From NCBI GenBank assembly GCA_025056655.1, contig JANWVL010000164.1, positions 661 to 64,660 on the forward strand: DNA of 64,000 nt, given 5' to 3'. Source of the DNA: Candidatus Methylacidiphilales bacterium (GTDB lineage Bacteria > Verrucomicrobiota > Verrucomicrobiia > Methylacidiphilales > JANWVL01). Both the position numbers and the translations under genes were made by a program. A model generated the notes under the pieces. That model did not search any database, had not been told where the DNA came from, and saw nothing but the letters and a program-made list of their open reading frames with translations. Shown in pieces: positions 57,948 through 64,000 of the stretch (position 1 is its first letter; every line of letters begins with the position of its first letter).

Positions 57948-58609
57948 ATTTGCAAAGTTTGAGAGAGCTTAACGATTTGCCGTTCCTCAAGAATCCCTCG
58001 CCACACAACACTGGGATAAATTAAGCTTTCACGCCCAATGATGCTGCCGGGATTTAAGACTGCTTGGCAGCCAATTTCTGCTCTATCTCCGATGAGAGCA
58101 CCAAGCTTTCTAAGCCCGGTCGGATATGCCTTTCCAAGATGATGCAGGACGATTTCATCCCCGGTAAGTTTAAGGTTTGACAAGATGACACCAGCGCCGA
58201 GATGAACACCATTACCTAGAATTGAGTCACCAACATAAGAAAAATGAGGCACCTGACAATCATTCATGAGAATGCAATTTTTAAACTCGCATGAATTCCC
58301 TAGAATGCAATTCTCGCCTATGATCACGTTTTCTCTGAGATAAGCCCCAGTTCGTATCCGAGTGCAGTGCCCAATAATAGCAGGCCCTAAAATTACTGCT
58401 CCTGGCTCTACTACCACCCCTTCTCCGAAAGTTACCTGTTCCCCTATGTATGCTTCTCCAAGTATTGTAGGAGGATGAGAACTAAAAGTAGATCTTTCCA
58501 GATAAGATTTGATTTTAGGAATCGCTTCCCACACATACCGGCAATCACTAAATATTTCGCGGTGCGCAAATTCCTGCAGATCAAATAGCGCACTCGCACT
58601 CAAATCCAT
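57926..58609 (-). CDS. Left-handed beta-helix (hexapeptide repeat) transferase, GlmU C-terminal-like
   Basis: Repeated [LIV]-G-x-x-x-x hexapeptides run throughout (IGEQVTFGEGVVVEPGAVILGPAIIG ...). Its 3' end overlaps the downstream gene start by 22 nt. Confidence 0.65.
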   Translation of the reverse strand: MDLSASALFDLQEFAHREIFSDCRYVWEAIPKIKSYLERSTFSSHPPTILGEAYIGEQVTFGEGVVVEPGAVILGPAIIGHCTRIRTGAYLRENVIIGENCILGNSCEFKNCILMNDCQVPHFSYVGDSILGNGVHLGAGVILSNLKLTGDEIVLHHLGKAYPTGLRKLGALIGDRAEIGCQAVLNPGSIIGRESLIYPSVVWRGILEERQIVKLSQTLQICPRRKV

Positions 58610-58694
58610 ATAAGTTTTCTAGTTTTTACACTCTATGTGTCAAACAAAGTATATCCCTACTTTGCCCAAATAGACCCCGCTGCTACGCCTGGAA

Positions 58695-59981
58695 CTATTC
58701 AGGCATTAAAGGAAGTTCTAAATAAATTGTTGTGCCGACTTCAAGTTGGCTTTCCGCCCAAATACGACCGCCATGAAGTTCAATTATTTGCTTCACAATA
58801 GACAGCCCCAACCCCATACCCCCTCGATCTCGACTCCGCGATTTATCTACGCGATAAAAACGGTCAAATATATAGGGTAAATCTTGTGCTGGAATCCCCA
58901 TCCCTTGATCACTCACTGTAATGCGTATTACATGATCACGATGTTCAGCCCGGACAGTTATCCGGGTGTGAGGTTCTGAATATTTCGAAGCATTTTCTAG
59001 CAAGTTATGCATGACTTGTTCCATACGGGCAGGATCTGCCTCGAGTAGAGGCAGTTCCCTAGGGCAGATCAACTCGATTTCCTGTTGAGACTCTTTTAAT
59101 ATCAGCCTCCAATCATTTACTATCCGCTCGAGTAACTCCGGAACCTTTATCACTAAAGGCTCCAGTCCCACCCGTCCTGTCTCTAGCCGTGCTAGGTCCA
59201 CAAGCTCATCTACCAGCGACGTAAGCCGAGAAACATGCTTATTCATAATGCTCAAAATTCGGTGTAACTCGCTAATATCTACCCTCCTTTGTGCTAGCAA
59301 AATCTCAAGATAACCACGAAAGACAGACAAAGGCGTTCGCAACTCATGAGAGACATTAGTCACAAACTCTCGTCTCACATTTTCCACTCGTTTGAATTCA
59401 GTAATGTCATGAAATAATAGAATAGCCCCTCGTCGAGCATGTGCCTCCCTAGTTGAAGGATGAATAATCGGCGTCACACTCGCCTCCACCACTCGTTCTT
59501 GCGATTGATCTGTGGTCACCGAAATTTCGCATTGCTGACGTTTCCCACTATCAATCGCTTTTCGCAAAATAATCTCAAGATCAGCATTTCGAAATACCTC
59601 TAGCACACTACGACCAATCAAAACCTCTTTGATTCCAAAAAGTCTCCCAACGGCAAGATTAGCTTCCTGAATGACGTGGTTCTCATCCACAATCGCCACC
59701 CCCTCGGCCATGTTTTCAAGCAGAGCTTTCAGATCGTATGCCTCCTTTTGGACTTGATCCTCTAGCTGCTCCAGCCGCGCGGCAAGCCCCTCGATAAACC
59801 CTGCCCAACGCCTCGATGCCTTAGAGTTTCCGAAAAAATACTTCTTATGCCTGATTCCTCGAGAAAGCTCATCCAGCGCCTTCCCTACTCGAACCATAGA
59901 TCGCACCCGCGCATAAAGCCATATTGTCACTGCAACGCAGATACAAAAAACAAAAATTAAAACCAACTCCCAAAGACTCAT
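58695..59981 (-). CDS. Sensor histidine kinase (TM anchor, PAS, HisKA, HATPase_c), PhoR-like
   Basis: Has the H-box SHELRTPL, N-box HNLLENASKY, DQGMGIP and GGMGLGLSIV. Confidence 0.88.
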   Translation of the reverse strand: MSLWELVLIFVFCICVAVTIWLYARVRSMVRVGKALDELSRGIRHKKYFFGNSKASRRWAGFIEGLAARLEQLEDQVQKEAYDLKALLENMAEGVAIVDENHVIQEANLAVGRLFGIKEVLIGRSVLEVFRNADLEIILRKAIDSGKRQQCEISVTTDQSQERVVEASVTPIIHPSTREAHARRGAILLFHDITEFKRVENVRREFVTNVSHELRTPLSVFRGYLEILLAQRRVDISELHRILSIMNKHVSRLTSLVDELVDLARLETGRVGLEPLVIKVPELLERIVNDWRLILKESQQEIELICPRELPLLEADPARMEQVMHNLLENASKYSEPHTRITVRAEHRDHVIRITVSDQGMGIPAQDLPYIFDRFYRVDKSRSRDRGGMGLGLSIVKQIIELHGGRIWAESQLEVGTTIYLELPLMPE

Positions 59982-60024
59982 AAAAAACCCTTATACCAAA
60001 TCTCAAAAACCCAATCCCCTGATC

Positions 60025-60064
60025 AACAGAAAAGCCCCAAGGCCTACCTCCAAGGCCTTGGGGC
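60025..60064 (-). terminator. Rho-independent terminator candidate downstream of the IMPase gene
   Basis: An 11-bp perfect stem, gccccaaggcc (60034-60044) / ggccttggggc (60054-60064), with a 9-nt loop. On the minus strand it is followed by ttttctgtt. Confidence 0.7.
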
Positions 60065-60153
60065 AAACAAACCTAAGGAAAACTGCCCTCATAAGAATAT
60101 GACGATTAAGTTCCAAAAGTGTTCAAAAATTCATTCACCCGGGCCCTTTTTTA

Positions 60154-60933
60154 TCAACGATACCTAAAATCCAAATGCCCTGAGTCCGCCAAGATTTGAA
60201 TCTTCCCATTTGCACGCTCTATCCATTCCACCCTGCCACCTGCTTCTTGGACAAGCAAAATCCCCGCCGCTACATCCCACCACGACACCTCCTGCTCCAT
60301 ATAAGCATCTAACCGGCCCGCCGCTACATACGCCAAATCTAAAGCAGCTGCCCCCATCGCCCTAAGCTTCTTCACCCGTAACCCATAATACTCATACAAC
60401 TTCAACGTATGCGATATAGTCTCTACCCTCCTCGCAAAACCAATAGATATCGCAGCCTCAGAAAGATCCCCTCGTTCACTTACCCTTATCCGTTCCCCAT
60501 TTAAATAAGCTCCCTTTCCCAATCTAGCCGTAAAAAGCTCATCCCGAATTGGATCATAGATTACCCCACACACAACCCTACGACTGACTTGCGCCGCAAC
60601 CGAAACACAAAAATGCGGTATCCGATACGAAAAATTCACCGTCCCATCCAACGGATCCACAATCCATTTCACCCCCACCCCATCGTCATCCTTCACACGG
60701 TTCCCCTCACTTTCCTCACCCACTATTTGAGCCCCTGGAAAATAATCCAAAATCACTTTCTCAATCGCAGCTTGAGCCTCCACATCGGTTTCTAACTTTA
60801 TATCGTGCGCCGACTCAGCCCTTACCCTTAAAGGCAAACGAAAATCTCGTCGAATAACCACAGACGCCGCCTTCACAGCCTCAATCGCACAATCCAACAC
60901 TTCCTCATCCGCCATAAAAATCTGCTCGCCCAT
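60154..60933 (-). CDS. Inositol monophosphatase family protein (SuhB-like)
   Basis: Carries WIVDPLDGTVNF, the GEE metal motif (IVGEESE) and WDVAAG. 259 aa. Confidence 0.85.
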   Translation of the reverse strand: MGEQIFMADEEVLDCAIEAVKAASVVIRRDFRLPLRVRAESAHDIKLETDVEAQAAIEKVILDYFPGAQIVGEESEGNRVKDDDGVGVKWIVDPLDGTVNFSYRIPHFCVSVAAQVSRRVVCGVIYDPIRDELFTARLGKGAYLNGERIRVSERGDLSEAAISIGFARRVETISHTLKLYEYYGLRVKKLRAMGAAALDLAYVAAGRLDAYMEQEVSWWDVAAGILLVQEAGGRVEWIERANGKIQILADSGHLDFRYR

Positions 60934-60975
60934 TTGCTACAACCAACTTCAATGCAATACAAATCCAATCCTCAA

Positions 60976-62943
60976 CTAAAACCGCTCCGGCAACATCCCC
61001 CAATACACAATCGAAGCCACCACAAACATCACACACAACCCCACTTTCACCGCGATCCGCCAACCCGTCCTCCCACGCGTCGCCGCCTCTGCTATCACCA
61101 TCGCCATCGGCACCAACACAGGCAATATATACCGAAACTCATTCGCACATCCGTAATGCACCTTCATCCTAAAATAAATCATCGAAGCAAAATACAACAC
61201 AATTAACGTATACACAGGCACCTTCTCCCACCAATCCGCCTCCACATAGCGCACCAACCCATAAACCACCATCCCCAAAAGCAGCACAAAATTAAAATTC
61301 AACCACCACGCCCAATCATCATGCCTCCGCCCACCTACACCATATTCCCCAAAAAGACTAGTCTTAAAAAGATAGTTCCAAAAATGCTTCTTCCCCTCCT
61401 CATTGTAAGGATTGGTGTAAATGATACTCATAAACGAAAACGGATCGAAAACTAAAAAACTCCGTAGATTCGTCTCCACCCACATCCCAGGGTTCAACGC
61501 CCCAGCGTTCGGCACCAAAGCCTGGGCCATACTAAAATTCGGATCCTTGAAGTTTATCGCTTTCAAATTCCGCGCCAAATACAAACCCACAAATAACGCC
61601 GTCACCCCCAATAGCACCCCCAGACACCGCAGATACCGCCCCCACTGCATCCTCCGCAGCCCCTTCCAGACACACTCCGCTCCCCTCACCCCATCTCGTA
61701 TCCTCAACAAAGCTGCCTCCCGATACACCATTCCCACACATACAATACACAACATCATCCCAAGCCACCCCACCAACACAAGCCCATTACTCTTCGCATA
61801 AAACGCAGCCGCTGCACAGAGCGCACTCCACACCCACTCCCCCCGCCACACCCCCCCCAACGGCCACCCCTCCTCCCTCATCCTTCGCCACCAACGAAAC
61901 CCCAAAAAAATACCCCAAGCCGACAAAGCATACAACAACGCATCATTCCCAAGCCTAATCGAATGCATAATTCCCCCCGGCCAAAAACAAAACACCGCCG
62001 CCGCCAAAGCCTGCAAACCCGGCCTCTGCACCAACTGAAATATCGCCAACACCCCCCCCGCCAGATACAACCCAAAAAGCACCACCGCCAACACCTGCAA
62101 CGCCTGATACGGATTCGGAGCCCCACACACCTCCGAGCACCACCACACCGCCGCCCCCAACAAATAATAAAACGGCGCATGATAAAACACAAACCCCTCA
62201 TCCACCTTCGGCAGCCGTCCCCTCTCCACAATCGCCATCACATACGCACTATGCACCCCAGGCCCATACCCCTCATCATACGTCCTCTCATGCGGCTTCG
62301 TATATCGCAAGTAAGCCAACACCAACATCAACGCCCCCATCACCAATCCCGCCCCCCAAAGCGGCGCTCCAAACCGCCTAAACAACGCCACCATAAACAT
62401 CGCCGCACTCCCCACAGCCCCCACCCACAAAATCAAAAAAACCGGATCCCAAAAATTAATCCTCAGCCACACACCCGGCGCATCCTTAATCTCATTCTCC
62501 AAGAAAAACTCAAACGGCACCACACCACCCTTCACCCCACGCCCATCCAACACATACCGCTTAAAGAAAAACTGATCATAAAACGGATCCACAATCTGAT
62601 AATGCGTAAACTGCACCTCCCGCCCCGCCACCACCCCCTTAAAATTCGGCCGCGTATGCCTCAACTCAATCCCCATCGTCTTCTGCGCCCACCACCCCTT
62701 CACCCGCATCTCCCCCACCAACCGTGAGCGGCCATTCCAAAACGGCTCCCGCTTCTCCAGCGGCACCACCCATGGCCGCTTCATCTCAAACTCCTCCCCC
62801 GTCCGCTCCGACACAAGCTTAAGCTTCTCCATCCGAGGTGCCGTCACCATCATCGCCCATAAAAAAAACACCAACACACCCGCCCAGCACCACATATTCA
62901 CCACCGCTGCCCTCAACCAAAACTTCACCAAAGTCCAAACCAT
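60976..62943 (-). CDS. Large polytopic membrane protein, possible GT-C fold glycosyltransferase (PMT_2/ArnT-like)
   Basis: 655 aa with more than 10 predicted TM helices. YDEGYGPGVHSAYV...FYHAPFYYLLGA resembles the DE loop plus PPLYY-type motif of family 39/83 glycosyltransferases. It is strongly Trp/Gly/Val-rich. Confidence 0.5.
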   Translation of the reverse strand: MVWTLVKFWLRAAVVNMWCWAGVLVFFLWAMMVTAPRMEKLKLVSERTGEEFEMKRPWVVPLEKREPFWNGRSRLVGEMRVKGWWAQKTMGIELRHTRPNFKGVVAGREVQFTHYQIVDPFYDQFFFKRYVLDGRGVKGGVVPFEFFLENEIKDAPGVWLRINFWDPVFLILWVGAVGSAAMFMVALFRRFGAPLWGAGLVMGALMLVLAYLRYTKPHERTYDEGYGPGVHSAYVMAIVERGRLPKVDEGFVFYHAPFYYLLGAAVWWCSEVCGAPNPYQALQVLAVVLFGLYLAGGVLAIFQLVQRPGLQALAAAVFCFWPGGIMHSIRLGNDALLYALSAWGIFLGFRWWRRMREEGWPLGGVWRGEWVWSALCAAAAFYAKSNGLVLVGWLGMMLCIVCVGMVYREAALLRIRDGVRGAECVWKGLRRMQWGRYLRCLGVLLGVTALFVGLYLARNLKAINFKDPNFSMAQALVPNAGALNPGMWVETNLRSFLVFDPFSFMSIIYTNPYNEEGKKHFWNYLFKTSLFGEYGVGGRRHDDWAWWLNFNFVLLLGMVVYGLVRYVEADWWEKVPVYTLIVLYFASMIYFRMKVHYGCANEFRYILPVLVPMAMVIAEAATRGRTGWRIAVKVGLCVMFVVASIVYWGMLPERF

Positions 62944-63068
62944 GCACGGCTTATAAACACACCCCCTCCCCTTTCAAGTTCTCACACATAAAATAAAAAC
63001 CCCGCATTGCACTTCCCCCATCCTTCCTCTACAACTCCACCTTCAACCACACACCCCTCCACCCCGCT

Positions 63069-64000
63069 ATGCCACAATCCGAAATCATGGACAAACTCGT
63101 CGCCCTCTGCAAACGGCGCGGCTTCATCTTCCAATCCTCAGAAATCTACGGCGGCCTCAACGGCGCCTGGGACTACGGCCCCCTCGGCGCTCAACTCAAA
63201 AAAAACATCAAAGACCACTGGTGGCGCACCATGACACAACTCCGCGACGACATCGTCGGCATGGACGGCGCCATCCTCATGAACCGCGCCGTCTGGCGCG
63301 CCTCCGGCCACGAAGACACCTTCAACGACCCACTCGTCGATTGCAAAACCTGCAAAGGCCGCTTCCGCGCCGACCAACTCACCTCCACCCCCTGCCCGCA
63401 AAAACCCTCCAAAACCGTCGGCCAAACCGACGCCTGCTCCCTCACCGAACCCCGCAGCTTCAACCTCATGTTCAAAACCTACGTCGGCCCCGTCGAAGAC
63501 GACTCCAACCTCACCTACCTCCGCCCCGAAACCGCACAAGCCATCTTCGTCCAATTCAAAAACGTCCTCGACACCTCACGCCTCAAACTCCCCTTCGGCA
63601 TCGCCCAAATCGGCAAAGCCTTCCGCAACGAAATCAACCCGCGCAACTTCACCTTCCGCTCCAGAGAATTCGAACAAATGGAACTCGAATTCTTCGTAAA
63701 ACCAGGCACCGGCCTCCAATGGACAGACCACTGGCTCGAAGAACGCCTCAAATGGTATGAAACCATCGGCATCCCCCGCCACAAAATCCACATCCTCGAC
63801 GTCCCAGAAGATCAGCGCGCCTTCTACTCCCGCAAAACCTACGACCTCCAATACGAATTCCCCTTCGGCATCCAAGAGCTCGAAGGCATCGCCTACCGCA
63901 CCGACTACGACCTCTCTCGCCACCAAGAAGCATCCGGCAAACCCCTCGAATACTTCGACGAAGAGACCAAACAAAAATACATCCCCCACGTCGTCGAGCC
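63069..64000 (+). CDS. glyQS: Glycine--tRNA ligase (alpha2 type), 5' portion, running off the window end
   Basis: Translating from the ATG at 63069 gives MPQSEIMDKLVALCKRRGFIFQSSEIYGGLNGAWDYGPLGAQLKKNIKDHWW..., the canonical GlyQS N-terminus. The frame stays open to 64000, so it is absent from the ORF track. Confidence 0.9.
   Translation, partial: MPQSEIMDKLVALCKRRGFIFQSSEIYGGLNGAWDYGPLGAQLKKNIKDHWWRTMTQLRDDIVGMDGAILMNRAVWRASGHEDTFNDPLVDCKTCKGRFRADQLTSTPCPQKPSKTVGQTDACSLTEPRSFNLMFKTYVGPVEDDSNLTYLRPETAQAIFVQFKNVLDTSRLKLPFGIAQIGKAFRNEINPRNFTFRSREFEQMELEFFVKPGTGLQWTDHWLEERLKWYETIGIPRHKIHILDVPEDQRAFYSRKTYDLQYEFPFGIQELEGIAYRTDYDLSRHQEASGKPLEYFDEETKQKYIPHVVE

Noticed and set aside
61963-62727. 254-aa His/Pro/Arg/Gln-rich + strand ORF antisense to the large membrane-protein gene.
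   Set aside because: It is low-complexity with no motif and is nested antisense in a 655-aa ORF that has a consistent TM pattern.
1-64000. Search for tRNA, rRNA, CRISPR arrays and mobile elements.
   Set aside because: I found no T-loop-like ggttcgaatcc or its complement in the non-coding gaps. The only tcgaac-type hits (47566, 47705) are inside the TPS gene. There are no regularly spaced direct repeats and no transposase-, integrase- or phage-like ORFs. All non-coding gaps are under 300 nt.

Overview
This is a dense chromosomal segment that is almost entirely housekeeping. I call about 60 CDS, including one open-ended gene (glyQS, 63069 to the window end) that is missing from the ORF track. 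I recognised no rRNA, tRNA, CRISPR array, transposase, integrase or phage genes. Gene content suggests a diderm bacterium, plausibly of the PVC/Verrucomicrobia type, but that is inference only. The supporting genes are a fused LpxC-FabZ, LpxA, LolCDE-like genes, the hopanoid radical-SAM gene HpnH, the PhoH/HD-7TM/YbeY cluster, a ZnuACB-like operon, an Amt transporter, SecA, Obg, L21/L27, Frr, GltX, MetG and GlyQS.

The most unusual signal is compositional rather than a gene cassette. One DNA strand is extremely A+C-rich and the other extremely G+T-rich. The amplitude rises and falls smoothly along the window and its sign flips about four times (near 22-23 kb, 28.5-29.5 kb, 34-35.5 kb and 48.5-50 kb), independent of gene orientation and sometimes inside intact genes. 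In the extreme blocks (about 1.7-8.2 kb, 36-39 kb, 42.8-48.5 kb and 60.2-64 kb) codon usage collapses to nearly one codon per amino acid. Protein composition is dragged along: His/Pro/Thr-rich on the A+C strand, Gly/Val/Trp-rich on the G+T strand. Stop codons become so rare that all six frames stay open, which produces many long phantom ORFs in the supplied track.

Secondary points of interest:
- two gene fusions: a circularly permuted ATP-grasp fused to an alpha-E domain, and an MBL-fold exonuclease fused to an ATP-dependent DNA ligase next to dprA
- an orphan short TPS (haemagglutinin N-terminal) domain protein with no TpsB partner
- a secreted single-EF-hand protein with 54-nt tandem repeats
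- a 53-nt pure polypurine tract
- a C-poor, G-tract-rich divergent intergenic region
- a 16-nt direct repeat in a divergent promoter region

All functional calls rest on motif recognition by eye and no database search was possible.
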